A stretch of 64,000 bases of DNA from Basidiobolus meristosporus CBS 931.73 (taxonomy: Eukaryota; Fungi; Basidiobolomycota), in assembly GCA_002104905.1 (NCBI GenBank), contig MCFE01000461.1, positions 7,165-71,164 of the forward strand, read 5' to 3'. Under the pieces are notes generated by a model that made no database searches, was not told the DNA's origin, and worked only from the letters and a program-made list of their open reading frames with translations. The translations under genes were made by a program, and so were the position numbers. Shown here piece by piece: positions 51,261-64,000 of the stretch (positions are counted from its first letter, which is position 1; each line of letters begins with the position of its first letter).

Positions 51261-54200
51261 CTAAAATGGTCGATTTCCTACATTCCGCATGCGATAGCCG
51301 CTATGTGGGTTGCTATCGAAGCCCTCATCTTCTCCTAACTGCGAATCCCCATCATAATATGAACTACCCAAGCTTTCGGCATCATTTGCCATCAGGCCCT
51401 TTAGCGAATCACGATCATCCCCGGTGATTACACTGTGGGTAAGATGTGTTGGTGTCAAATCCTTCATTCGTCGGCGTTCTTTACGTTTCATGGAGCGGAT
51501 ATGCCGCCGTTCATAATCTTCCCATCTTCTTAAAGTGACTTTTGATGAGTCAAAAATGCCTTCCTTTTTGCCGTGATCGTCTGCTTTACTTTCCCCGTCG
51601 ACTCGTCTGTTATTGTGTAGAGGGTTAGTCTTTTCTTCGGGTGTGGCCTTCGAAATACACATACCTTGTTTCCCCCCAGGAAAAATCATCGAAATGCCAA
51701 TATGCATACACCGGCAAAACAAAGTTCCATATAGGAAGTGCTACCAAATATATCAACATCCAAGTGATATAAATGAGCTTTCTCGTAGTTAGCAGAATCA
51801 GAACTGCTGGTAAGAACAAGATAAGTAGCAAGAGTATTAGCGGAAAATAGCTCGCAGCATCGACGAATTCGGTTTGTGCAAGACTTCCAATCAGCACAAA
51901 AGTCATTATAATGGCCACTGGGAGAGATACTGTTCCGATAAGCTCCATGACCACGACGAACTGCATCGAAAAGCAGAACGTTCCACATAGATTGCGCACT
52001 AGCGATAATTCCAGCAGATTGTGGATTGTAGAGTTAATCCACCGACGGCGTTGCGAAAGCAATATCTTAAACTCGTCTGGAACAACCGTTTTACATACAG
52101 CTTGTGGCACGAACATCATCTTGCGGTTTGGGAAATTTCGCAACATTAGCGTGGTCAAAAACCGATCTTCGCCCAAGAGTAGCAGATTCTTCTGATGGAG
52201 TGTCTCGACTACATTCTGCGAATACTCTTGAACAATCTCCGGCTTCGTGATAATTGGAACCCAATCATTGTCTCCTTTTCTAGCTTTCAAGCGATACATA
52301 CAGAAGCAGCCAGGAAGGCAAGTGACACCACCAAATACCGACTCGAAGCCCTTTCCAAGATGATGGGATATGTAGTACTCGAACACTTGGATGGCAGTCA
52401 CCCATGAATCTCGCTTATTTGCAATTCTAGTCTCTCCGCATAGACCCATGATAAGCGGATCGTTCTGTACACAGTTGATCAGAAGGCGCAAGGAATCTGG
52501 ATAAACCTTGGTATCAGCGTCTACCATAAGGACGATCTCAAAGTAGTCTGGGGTGACGTTCATAAGGTGATGGATCTTTTTGAAAAGGTCATAATCCAAT
52601 GGAGTCATCCGATCGTTATAGGTAACCCGACTGAAGAAGTTCATCAAGATGATTTGAGAATCACGTTTACCTCGATTCCCTGGTTTAGGAGCGCTCTGCT
52701 CCTCGGGTGTGCCGCACTTGACAACCACTATAGTTGGTACTCGATGCCCTTTATGGTTGAAATGCCCGGCATACACTTTCGCCATATTGTGTTGTTTTGC
52801 TCCGGCAGCAACTGCGATGTAGCTCATCGGTTCGGGGTTTTCAAATGCAGGATCGATTTCTAGGAGATCCACACATATATCCGGCGTGCTTCGATCATTG
52901 CCGCTCCCAGTTATAATACCGTCGGCTACAATGAACAGTAATTTGTGGTCGTCGCCATATTCCGTTGAAGCCAGACTCTCGATTGTACAGCGGATCGAGC
53001 TCTCACCCTCCGAGTAGCATGTGACCAATAGAACGGTGAACAGTTCACTGGAGTTCAGATTAACGTTGACTCCTGGCAAACTGGAGTTGCTCGCTCCGAA
53101 GCTACTCATGCTGGCGTTTTGATGAATTGCCCAAGGAGAGGAGCGAGAAACCACGATTGGCTGGGTTTTGCTTTTCGGAGGAGGTCTTGCCAGTTTGAAT
53201 GAGATCAACCAGTCGAACACCACGGCCATAAGAAACCTACTCAGCACTATTCCAAGAATGACAATCATGGAAATAATGAAGAACAGCTTGACCCCAAAGC
53301 ACCCTGTAGTCGCCTTGCTCAAATGCCCAGCCTTGTATTTATTTTGGAGGCATGGTATAGAGCTCTTGAGGAGTGGTTGGCGTAGGAAGATCCGCGTAGC
53401 ATCGATGATCTTGTTGTTGATTGCCTCACGGATCGCTGCATCCACAACATCGTTTGGGATCGGATTGGGGTTCGCCTGAATGTATGGATTCAAGTTCAAA
53501 ACCAGCCCATCAATGACCAAGTATCTTGCCGTCAGGTCATTCCAGTCGTATCCAACAGATTTTTTAAGATTTATGAGCCCATATTTAGCTTGGGCGCTCT
53601 CAATCGGCTCCAGGGGGCATAGCTTGGCTCCATTTGGTGGATTGCAAGGGCTTTGGTTGATAGCTGCGAAGCCCTGCAAGCTTGGGATTTGACACTCTTT
53701 GAATGCCCCATCATGTTGGAACAGATTGGTCTGGTCGGAGGAGAAGGGTGCCTTCAATAGCTCCGACGGAGTGTTTTGGGATTTTGCAGAGCTCCACATT
53801 GTACCGCTTATACCAAAGGTTCCTTTCAAATACGACGGAATAGAATGAGTTTCGCTGAACATGTGGATATGTGGTATTACCAAAGAGTGAGTAATAAAAC
53901 ATACCAGGACTATTGGAACCGACTGATATGTAATTCTTGGAGTCAACTAAGCTAGATTGTGGACAAAAAACGTACGGCAGGCCCAGAGTCAGAAAGACTA
54001 CTATGGTACATATAAATGCAATCACAATACATAAAGCAACCTTCTCTCTCCAGGCTTGTCGAACTGCTTTATCCCCAAGACCAAACTTGCTTATTATAAA
54101 GCTTGGGGCCCAAAATGTGATTATCTTTGAGAATAAGACCCATGCATCAAACGGTCTCCGGTTGTCTTTGCCACTGAGCATTGGTGCAGGCGCCTGATTC

Positions 54201-54271
54201 CTGTCCGGTCTGTTCAATGTACGACCCCGTCGGAGGGTGGTTTCCCTCTGCATGTTCCTGTTGTCCGGCAT
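51261..54271 (-). CDS. Chitin synthase, class IV (Chs3-like), 3 exons, ~956 aa
   Basis: Exons 53905-54271, 51665-53822, 51261-51606; [33 protein letters not shown]. Confidence 0.95.
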
Positions 54272-57200
54272 GGCCCTTGTCTATAGTGAGAAGCCGAAAG
54301 TACTTGAGAATTTAAGGATGTATGGTTATTTTTGCAGTCTCCCGTGGATATAGGTCATATAATTAGGTTGTAGATGTGTAAGGGAATACAAGTACAGGGG
54401 TAGTGAGCGAAATCACGAAGTACGTCAAGTGATACGCTTGGGTGGAAATAGAAGAGGAATGCTGCTATTTAGTTGGGACTTCGTGGCCACAAGACTAGAG
54501 CAACAAAAATGGAGAAAAGGGGATGCTTAAAGGAGCCAATTTCGATAGGCTTAACCGTTAGGCTATAGGGAGCTTAGCGTGGGGAGGCCTGGGGACTTTT
54601 AAAGGAAATAGAAACACACTGATGACTAGTTCGAGCCCCATTTCCCTTTCATACAACCTTGCCTAAATGCACTTGAACTCCTTGACAGTAACGGAGAATT
54701 ATGAAAGCAAATTATTCATTATGTTAGCCAATCATTTCGTTGACAAGGAGCAGCACAGCATTTTGCAGGTATCCAATCACGCATTTATCTATCTTCTCTG
54801 GCCGCCGTTCCTTTTTAATTACCGCTCTCTCTGGTATCTGGCTGTAGCCTATTGACTGATGAGTTGTATAATAAACTAATATGCTCTTCAAGATGGAGCG
54901 CATGGGTCGATAATCGGTATTATCGCACAAAGAAAGCAATAAGCAGATGCTTTATTCGAACATCCAGCTATTATGAGCTCTCAGCTGGCTGATAGTGAGC
55001 GAGTAATCTGGAAAAAGGATCGAGCTAGATTTGTAAATGCCTATATTAGTCCATGCAATTAGGGAACTAAGTAGCCCCATTGTGTAGAGCTGAAAACACT
55101 CCCGCACAATAATGTAATTTGGAAATTAGCTTGTGCATGGCTTGGGAATTGTTAGTGCTTGCTATTGTCTCATTATCTCCCGGAAAGCTATTGAGATTAA
55201 GGGGGCTACGTGTTTGACAGTTTGCTGGATATTTGGATTTTCTAAGATGGAATCAGGGCCGCTTGCTTAGGCTCTGTATGCTGGAGGCCAGCACCCATCA
55301 TCAATCTGCTGACAAGAAGCGGGGTGAGTTTGCCTACTTCCATGACAGCAGAAACATCCGCTCTATGGGCCCAAGTCAGGTCAGTCATTGGAATGAAAAT
55401 ACAGCAAGTGATAAAGTTTCGGCTGGAGGGTAGTCCTTGCCTTGACTAAAGGACATGCATGCCATGGGATAATGCTGCTCCAAGGACATCATGGTGCTTA
55501 CCGGAGTATCTGGATGCAACCCCTATATCTTTTGGCCAAATATCATTGCTTGGGTCCGGAGAGCTTGAAATAAGTGGGCACACGTCGTTTAGGAACCTTC
55601 GACTCTTCTCTAAAAACATCATTACCACATCTGGTATTGCTGGACACACTAATAGGTCGTGACGTTAAGACTAGGGCAGTTTAGTGCTCATCTTGCATGT
55701 AAGCGTCTACCAGCGTTTATCGAGCATAGCTCAGCTTTAAAGCTGGTTGTACCTGTAGTGCTAAATATACGATACCTCGCGATCACAGTATTTAGTCACA
55801 AGCCTTTGGCCGTTATTCGTCAACAGGACTTCACGTTGGGTACGTATGCTGCAGTAAAGAGCTATACCTGAGACTTTCCTCCAGTTGGACTTGTTTTGCG
55901 CTAACCTTACGACAGAATTGCTTTGATTGTTGATCCAAAATAGTTGCTTTAGCTAAGATGGCTGATCTATTAGTCAATGATTGATCAGGGTAATACGAAG
56001 ATATTGCCAATGAAAAGAGTATGTGGCTCTCGCAAGCCATCATAAAGATACTTGGGGTGAAATCTAACTTACATAGGCCTGCTTGAAACAATGCAAGGGT
56101 GGCATGATCCCGAATCTATCCGCAGATGTAATGTCATGTTTTTGTCTTCAGCCTTTGCGAATAGATCTGGCTACAAACGATGTGCAGCTACTATCTTTCC
56201 TTGATTAATGTACGCATGGATGTTGAACCAATTTACATATACACTAATACCAGCCTCTGCTGTAAATGCTTCAATAACGTTGATCGGTAGCCATAAATCT
56301 AGTCTGTTAATGTTGAGCTCGTTATGAAGTCTTCAGGGCTAGAGTGCATCTCTGGTGACGGTTGGAAGGCAATACGATTTCAACTCAACCTAGTGGGGTT
56401 GATGCTCTCATACTTGCCAAACCAACCTGCTCCAAAGTTGCGTGGATAGATTGCTCTCTAGTATTCCTGAGTCTGTTTTGTTGAGCAACTAGCCTTTTTT
56501 AATTCATACGTCACATGTCCAGATCCAGCAAAAGAAACCTCATTGGTAATGGGTTACTCCACAGTTTGCTAATTTTTGATTCCAAATCAGATGAGCATAG
56601 TGTAATCGGAGTACGCTTATAGCTTCCTGTAAGTTACACTCATTTGCGGCGAAGGCACTACGCATACTTTCAATTTTGCAACCATAGCTTTCCAGGACGC
56701 AACAACTTGTTGGGTTTAGCCTGCGCTTCCGCCAGACAATAACTATCCCAGGTCATATCCATCCACGCGCTTTCCCTATCCGCAATCGCGGAAAAATTCA
56801 ACCATAAGCGTACTCAACCCATCAATTTCAGAATCAAATTCAAGACATGCCAACAGAGAGCAGAGAGTTTGACGCACATATGATACGATGACTATCTTTA
56901 TAATTTCCATATACAATTCGGCGACCTTTTGGAATGGAGGTATTTGGAGAATTAGCCAGGCCAAGTGAGATCATAAAACCGGATTGGCGGAGGGGAATAA
57001 GGTACTGGACTCGACCATCCTTATCCTGGGTGGAGGCGGAGTGTAGAGGAACAACATAACGATCTCTGGGTGATAATTACAATGGTCTCAATAGTGCCTC
57101 CAGAACAGTCGAGGACAAATGACCTTTGCGCTTCGTGAAGACTGTTGCAGTTCTCAAAAATTTCTTGGAGGGTAATGGGCGGATCATATCCCAAAATGCT

Positions 57201-57564
57201 TACAATCAGGGTGTGGGATTTAATTTGTTAAGCTGGGATTTTAAAGCATCTGAATCAGTTTGGAATGACTATGATATAATAAGCTTGTGAACTAGGATAC
57301 AGTAAGTAATACAAACATCAACAAGATCGACGTCAATGTATTCAAATTTCCTTGAAGCCCCCACTCATCACTGGTTACTGGATATCGTGCTCGAAAAATA
57401 AACTTGATTGGCACCATAAACAATTATTCAACTACCAAGTCACTTGCTCGTTCAGTATTGAAGAACAAGAAATGAGATGCCTTGATGCTATAAAATGAGG
57501 TGCGTACCTAGTATCGTTTATGTAGACAAGAGAGAGATATTTTTCTGAACGTTAACGACATACA

Positions 57565-59103
57565 ATGGCGGTTGGTCATCTTACTACTCTCAACAGTGCA
57601 AAACTCAGCAAGTGGCACCTTCGTGCTATCATCGTGGCCGGAGTTGGGTTCTTCACTGATGCCTACGATATTTTCATCATCAACTTGGCGGTGCCTATGA
57701 TGGGCTACGTATATTATCAGGACAACAACAACAAAGTCCCCTCACAGTACGAGGGGCCGCTGAAAGGAGCGACCGCCTTCGGCACGCTGATCGGGCAGCT
57801 GCTCTTTGGGTACCTTAGCGACAAATTGGGAAGAAAGAAGATGTACGGGTCGGAGCTGATCATCATCATCTTCGCGACACTTTGCTGCGCTCTGGCCGGC
57901 TCGTGGGCCAGGGGACTGAACGCGCTTGCCATTCTTGGCTTCTGGAGATTCATTCTTGGTATAGGGATAGGTGGTGACTACCCAGTGTCAGCAGTCATCA
58001 CGTCAGAGTTTTCCTCCACCAACCGCAGAGGTATGATGATTGCAGCTGTATTTGCTTCTCAAGGAATCGGGATCCTGGTGGCCGCCATATTCACTGTCAT
58101 CGTGCTTGCCATATTCCAAGGGGCGATCCGAGCTGACACCGGAAACTTGGACTACGTCTGGAGGCTGATGCTTGGATTTGGATGTGTCCCGGCCATCTTC
58201 ACGGTGTATTTTCGACTTACGATGCCTGAATCCCCGAGGTATACTGCTGAAGTGAGGGGTGACTTAGCACAAGCTTCAGAAGATATGAAGGCAGTATTAG
58301 GAGGAGCCGATAAAGATCACGAAAACACAGGTAATCCAGTAGAACCAGGAAATAATCATGAACTGGCGGTACCTGATCATCATGATCAACATGATGAGGG
58401 GGATATCTACAAGGAAAATAGGTCGTTTGTTCACCATTTTGGCCAATGGAAGAACTTGAAGGTGCTCTTGGGGACCTCACTCTCTTGGTTCTTCCTTGAT
58501 ATAGCCTTCTATGGCCTTTCATTGAATCAGTCCTACGTACTGCAAGCAATTGGCTACTCTTCATCTGGACTCGCGCCATACGATGCTCTGTGGACCTCGG
58601 CTATAGGAAATCTGATCATCTCACTCATGGGGACCGTGCCTGGCTACTGGTTCACGGTATTTCTCATCGAACGCATGGGACGCATCAGGATCCAGTTGAT
58701 GGGCTTTGCCTTGCTCACCATCATATTTGTGATCCTTTCGGCTGGCTTCTACAAGATTCGTGACACAGCAGTGGCATTGTTCATCGCATTGTTTACCTTG
58801 GCGCAGTTCTTCTTCAATTTCGGCCCCAACACCACCACCTTTGTTCTTCCATCAGAGGTATTCCCAACGCGATTCCGCTCCACCGCACATGGCATATCGG
58901 CAGCGTCAGGCAAGCTTGGAGCCATCATTGCAACATTCGGGTTCAATGAGCTTGTGGAGATTGGAGGGAAAGATGGAGATCATGCGTTCCTTCCTCAAAC
59001 ACTAGGTATCTTTGCGGGGATTATGTTTCTCGGGTTTTTGACTACATTCTGGATCCCCGAGACTAAAGGAAAGTCGCTTGAGGAAATATCCGGCGAAAAT
59101 TGA
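57565..59103 (+). CDS. PHO84: Pho84-like MFS phosphate:H+ symporter, copy 1 (512 aa)
   Basis: GVGFFTDAYD, GIGGDYP, FFNFGPNTTTF, PTRFRSTAHGISAASGK, ETKGKSLEE. Confidence 0.95.
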   Translation: MAVGHLTTLNSAKLSKWHLRAIIVAGVGFFTDAYDIFIINLAVPMMGYVYYQDNNNKVPSQYEGPLKGATAFGTLIGQLLFGYLSDKLGRKKMYGSELIIIIFATLCCALAGSWARGLNALAILGFWRFILGIGIGGDYPVSAVITSEFSSTNRRGMMIAAVFASQGIGILVAAIFTVIVLAIFQGAIRADTGNLDYVWRLMLGFGCVPAIFTVYFRLTMPESPRYTAEVRGDLAQASEDMKAVLGGADKDHENTGNPVEPGNNHELAVPDHHDQHDEGDIYKENRSFVHHFGQWKNLKVLLGTSLSWFFLDIAFYGLSLNQSYVLQAIGYSSSGLAPYDALWTSAIGNLIISLMGTVPGYWFTVFLIERMGRIRIQLMGFALLTIIFVILSAGFYKIRDTAVALFIALFTLAQFFFNFGPNTTTFVLPSEVFPTRFRSTAHGISAASGKLGAIIATFGFNELVEIGGKDGDHAFLPQTLGIFAGIMFLGFLTTFWIPETKGKSLEEISGEN

Positions 59104-61312
59104 AATGGCAAACCTTGGTTCATAACACCTGTTGTTCTTGGAGTACTATGCTGAGTATACAGTGGCTGGCTATTTATTATTGTGATATATTGTTGCTTTC
59201 TGTGGGAGGATTTCATATAGTCTAGTGGGATAGTTTAGTCGATTGGTATTTATCTATTTTAACCTCATATCCAAGTCTTGCAGCTATTGAATCTATTTCC
59301 TATTAAAGTATGGGCATTTCGATTGATGTAATCTTGGCGAGTGGATTCTACTAATATAGTGTCTTCAAATGGATTATTTGTGCAACTATTTGAAGATGCA
59401 ATTTACTCTTATTTTTCGGTATGCCACATAAGTATGGGGTGATTTTTTTAGTTGTAAAAAGGATTCCTAGCCATTCAAACAATACTCAATAACACGTTTC
59501 TACTTCAAGAGCCAATATCACATCCGCTACTGGATAGTTCGAGCACACGCAAGAATGACTCCAAATATTGTTATAAGCTGCCCTGCGATTTCAAGGAACC
59601 TTTCTACAGGCAGGCATAGTATTCGATTTCTCTCCGTGCATCTCGACTGATCTTGTCATACAAGTCCTACGCCGTTACATCATAAATGTTTGTAATACGA
59701 TCAAGCGAATGGTTTCACTTACTGGCTTCTTGCATTATTAGCATTATCGGGTAGTGTGCTTTCCCAGCCATATCGGACTATATTAGGACAATCAGGTGCT
59801 TATTATTCCTATAAAACTGCTTGTTAGATATGGTGAAACCTACGAACATCGATGTCCCATATTTAATCAGCGAGTCTGAACGGTCTGCTACCAAAACTGG
59901 CTATTATATCATGCCTGGATGGCAAAATGATCCAAGCCTCTATGGCCCAACCCTACCAATGCTTAGCGGCTGTCAGCTGCATGCCGAATGGCGCTCGATG
60001 ATTGGCTTATCAGCAACTATACACTTACCCTATTTTTGACAGTAGACAATCACACTATTGAATGAGGTTAATATAACACAGGATACACCTGCGAGAACTT
60101 CGGTGATCACTCTTCGCACTGACTCATCAGCAAGATTGAAGAATGGTAAGATAGCGGCTATAGGGTCCATAATGGCAATTACCAGATATGCTAGGGGGCT
60201 GCCAAGCCATTCGAAAGCACCTTCTGATATATAGAACAGCCATTTCGAAATACAAGATATATATAGCTTTGGACAATGAACGTCTTGTATCATCACTGTG
60301 GTACACAGCCACGCAAGACATTGAGAAGTTTTCCACAGCCCCCGAGAACTATCCTCCCATCACCTTTTCTGCGCGAAAACATTCATGGCTCAACTGATTA
60401 TCAGTAAGTGGTGATATAAGAAGCGACAGAGAATTGTGAAAATAGGGTCTAAATAGCGGTTGTTATGTATCGAAACCTGCATGGACGCGAAGCTGTCCAT
60501 TTCCAGCAGGAACCAGATAAAAATTATTCGCGAGAGCCGAAAGCGTCCTCAGCCTTCATCATCCACCCTTGAAGGTTTGACACCAGGCCGTACTATGGAT
60601 CAAGTGACTGCAACTTGTATCATTTTGATTCAGTCAGGATACTACTTCAAGTAATTTATTTGAATGACGCCTCCTTAAATAGGAAAAGCATGGCATCAGT
60701 CCGATGTAGGGATTGGCCCTTACAGCCCAATGGCTAAGCGAGAAACAGAGTCGTGCAGCGCACTCGGAACATAATTGGAAACCAACAATGGCTAATGAAG
60801 AACGTCCCAAGTGTATTCCAGGAGTGCTGACAATTCATGTCATGAAGCGCTGGGAGCTTCACGGAGATTATCGGTTTTCCCTTTTGTCCGGCTAAAACCT
60901 TTTAATGCCGGATCTTAGGTGATCCATCTCGAAGCAAAATAGAGCGCTGCTAGAGCCTACACCAGCACCGATGTGTTACAAGAGATTGAGGCAAATCGAG
61001 CAAAATGGAAAGTTTGGTCACCACAAATACGAAAGGACTAGATATCAGCATCATTGAATTTCACAGCGCCGAATGGTTTCATACTTGAAAAGATGACTAC
61101 TTTCGGTTAGGCCCCGAATATAAGTCGCAACACACCAATGGTTCGTTGCTATCCTTGCATATGTACTAGAACAAAGAGTGATTGGTTATTTAAGGCTGCT
61201 CTCATGATAATCACTGCAACGCGATGTAGAGTATATAAGGAGCATTTCAGGAATCATTTCTTCCTTAGGTTTAGTGTACATAGCACAATCAGCAGTCAGA
61301 AATCAAGCTAAA

Positions 61313-62809
61313 ATGGCCGGTGAGCATCTAACAAATCTCAGCCAGTCTAAACTTACCAAGTGGCACCTTCGTGCTATCATCGTGGCCGGAGTTGGGTTCT
61401 TCACTGATGCCTACGATATTTTCATCATCAACTTGGCGGTGCCTATGATGGGCTACGTATATTATCAGGACAACAACAACAAAGTCCCCTCACAGTACGA
61501 GGGGCCGCTGAAAGGAGCGACCGCCTTCGGCACGCTGATCGGGCAGCTGCTCTTTGGGTACCTTAGCGACAAATTGGGAAGAAAGAAGATGTACGGGTCG
61601 GAGCTGATCATCATCATCTTCGCGACACTTTGCTGCGCTCTGGCCGGCTCGTGGGCCAGGGGACTGAACGCGCTTGCCATTCTTGGCTTCTGGAGATTCA
61701 TTCTTGGTATAGGGATAGGTGGTGACTACCCAGTGTCAGCAGTCATCACGTCAGAGTTTGCCTCCACCAACCGCAGAGGTATGATGATTGCAGCTGTATT
61801 TGCTTCTCAAGGAATCGGGATCCTGGTGGCCGCCATATTCACTGTCATCGTGCTTGCCATATTCCAAGGGGCGATCCGAGCTGACACCGGAAACTTGGAC
61901 TACGTCTGGAGGCTGATGCTTGGATTTGGATGTGTCCCGGCCATCTTCACGGTGTATTTTCGACTTACGATGCCTGAATCCCCGAGGTATACTGCTGAAG
62001 TTAAAGGGGATCTTGAACAAGCTGCAAAAGACCTTGAAGAAGTATATGGGCAACAGTCAAAAGAGCAGATAGAATCAGAGAAGCACACTCCTGAGCAACC
62101 TGTATCGTCGCATCACGAAAGCCATATTACATTTACCCAGCATTTCGGCCAATGGAAGAACTTGAAGGTGCTCTTGGGGACCTCACTCTCTTGGTTCTTC
62201 CTTGATATAGCCTTCTATGGCCTTTCATTGAATCAGTCCTACATACTGCAAGCAATTGGCTACTCTTCATCTGGACTCGCGCCATATGATGCTCTGTGGA
62301 CCTCGGCTATAGGAAATCTGATCATCTCACTCATGGGGACCGTGCCTGGCTACTGGTTCACGGTATTTCTCATCGAACGCATGGGACGCATCAGGATCCA
62401 GTTGATGGGCTTTGCCTTGCTCACCATCATATTTGTGATCCTTTCGGCTGGCTTCTACAAGATTCGTGACACAGCAGTGGCATTGTTCATCGCATTGTTT
62501 ACCTTGGCGCAGTTCTTCTTCAATTTCGGCCCCAACACCACCACCTTTGTTCTTCCATCAGAGGTATTCCCAACGCGATTCCGCTCCACCGCACATGGCA
62601 TATCGGCAGCGTCAGGCAAGCTTGGAGCCATCATTGCAACATTCGGGTTCAATGAGCTTGTGGAGATTGGAGGGAAAGATGGAGATCATGCGTTCCTTCC
62701 TCAAACACTAGGTATCTTTGCGGGGATTATGTTTCTCGGGTTTTTGACTACATTCTGGATCCCCGAGACTAAAGGAAAGTCGCTTGAGGAAATATCGGGT
62801 GAAAGTTAA
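61313..62809 (+). CDS. PHO84: Pho84-like MFS phosphate:H+ symporter, copy 2 (498 aa)
   Basis: Same motifs; first ATG at 61313. Confidence 0.95.
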   Translation: MAGEHLTNLSQSKLTKWHLRAIIVAGVGFFTDAYDIFIINLAVPMMGYVYYQDNNNKVPSQYEGPLKGATAFGTLIGQLLFGYLSDKLGRKKMYGSELIIIIFATLCCALAGSWARGLNALAILGFWRFILGIGIGGDYPVSAVITSEFASTNRRGMMIAAVFASQGIGILVAAIFTVIVLAIFQGAIRADTGNLDYVWRLMLGFGCVPAIFTVYFRLTMPESPRYTAEVKGDLEQAAKDLEEVYGQQSKEQIESEKHTPEQPVSSHHESHITFTQHFGQWKNLKVLLGTSLSWFFLDIAFYGLSLNQSYILQAIGYSSSGLAPYDALWTSAIGNLIISLMGTVPGYWFTVFLIERMGRIRIQLMGFALLTIIFVILSAGFYKIRDTAVALFIALFTLAQFFFNFGPNTTTFVLPSEVFPTRFRSTAHGISAASGKLGAIIATFGFNELVEIGGKDGDHAFLPQTLGIFAGIMFLGFLTTFWIPETKGKSLEEISGES

Positions 62810-62963
62810 AATTATCTTGGTCGGACTCAATGTCTTCACTGTGGTAGTATGTATCATTAAGTAGTAGATCAGCTATACATTTCAACTGTTGGGTATATAT
62901 CAATCAATATATCTTTTAAATTCACATCTATTGAGCACACATAAACGATTTTGTCACTTCCAA

Positions 62964-63730
62964 ATTATTATTATTGCAGATGCAAATACCTACTGAACTG
63001 ATGATAGCTGCTTGGAAAGCTAGATAATGTTGGTGTAGATCATATAGACATTTGCAGTTTGGGGTTAGTGTTAGGGGAGAGAGGGGGGAGGGAAAGTCAT
63101 AAAGTATCAGTGAAATCTTTATTTGCAGCCTAGACCAAAAAACAAACATAGAAGCCAGCAGCAATGTAAGTCCCTTATACAATAATTCCAAACTGAATTA
63201 AAAGCAATATCCTAAAGTACATCAAGGTTTAGAGATACATTGGGATGGAGTAAAGCAGCTTGTGCAATATACAAGTCTTTAATAAAGTGTGTAACAGCAG
63301 ATGTAGGAGAGTTTCTGTTTAGTGAGATGAATCTTGTGAGATTATTTTTCTCAAGAGAAAATGGTTGGTAGAAAGGTGAGTCAGGAAATTCCTTAAAGAT
63401 GTGTCCAAGGCAAGTTGATGGGAGAGCCCAAAGGTACTGTCTTTGCAATGGAAAGCTGGAGATTATTCTTCTGCAGATACTGGTGGATGGTCTGGGAGTC
63501 TTGTTGCACATTGGAGGAGGATATTCTGATGTCATCAGCAAAGAGAGTAACCAGGCAGTCAGCTGAGAGTCTTGGGAAATCATTCAGGAAGATGGCAAAC
63601 AGTATAGGACTAAGCACAGAGCCTTGAACCACTCCATTAGGAACTGAGAACACAGCTGATTGCTCACTTGGGTGCAGAATGCTTGCTTGTGGATCCACAA
63701 ACAGAGACCTGACAAGGAGGGTGAGAGAGG
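62964..63730 (-). mobile_element. 5'-truncated non-LTR retrotransposon (LINE) RT fragment abutting the telomere
   Basis: GVVQGSVLSPILFAIFLND and LFADD motifs; putative (TAA)4 tail at 62964-62975; no CpG seen in the segment. Confidence 0.8.
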
Positions 63731-64000
63731 TAGGGTTAGGGTTAGGGTTAGGGTTAGGGTTAGGGTTAGGGTTAGGGTTAGGGTTAGGGTTAGGGTTAGG
63801 GTTAGGGTTAGGGTTAGGGTTAGGGTTAGGGTTAGGGTTAGGGTTAGGGTTAGGGTTAGGGTTAGGGTTAGGGTTAGGGTTAGGGTTAGGGTTAGGGTTA
63901 GGGTTAGGGTTAGGGTTAGGGTTAGGGTTAGGGTTAGGGTTAGGGTTAGGGTTAGGGTTAGGGTTAGGGTTAGGGTTAGGGTTAGGGTTAGGGTTAGGTT
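63731..64000 (+). repeat. Telomeric repeat array (TTAGGG)n
   Basis: TAGGG, 43 perfect TTAGGG units, then TTAGGTT to the window end; G-rich strand runs 5'->3' toward the end. Confidence 0.98.

Noticed and set aside
54300-57560. Pho4-type CACGTK cluster or TE relics upstream of PHO84
   Set aside because: Only one CACGTT (~55832, 1.7 kb upstream) was seen; a GDGWK hAT-like motif near 56355 is too short to support a call.

Overview
Right-hand end of a chromosome from an intron-containing fungus. Gene content and 50-80 nt GT-AG introns suggest an early-diverging lineage (Zoopagomycota/Mucoromycota-like); this is an inference. Three zones. (1) 1-~24.4 kb: a CpG-depleted graveyard of nested, decayed transposons. 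It holds Ty1/copia pieces, a chromodomain Ty3/gypsy element, seven solo LTRs with recognisable target-site duplications, and a CACTA/En-Spm(CMC)-type DNA transposon family with a transposase head-to-head with an unknown second ORF. (2) ~24.4-62.9 kb: CpG-normal genic DNA. It carries a SHOC1/Zip2-like meiotic gene with one frameshift, an orphan ORF, nudE, a ZIP transporter, a Rab5-like GTPase, a CreA/Mig1-like factor, a small spliced BRI3/LITAF-like gene, PAN1, a 7TM protein, an F-box protein, a class IV chitin synthase and two PHO84-like transporters homogenised over their membrane-coding parts. (3) 62.96-64 kb: a CpG-free LINE reverse-transcriptase fragment fused directly to the (TTAGGG)n telomere. 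All calls come from reading and hand-translating the sequence; no database searches were run.
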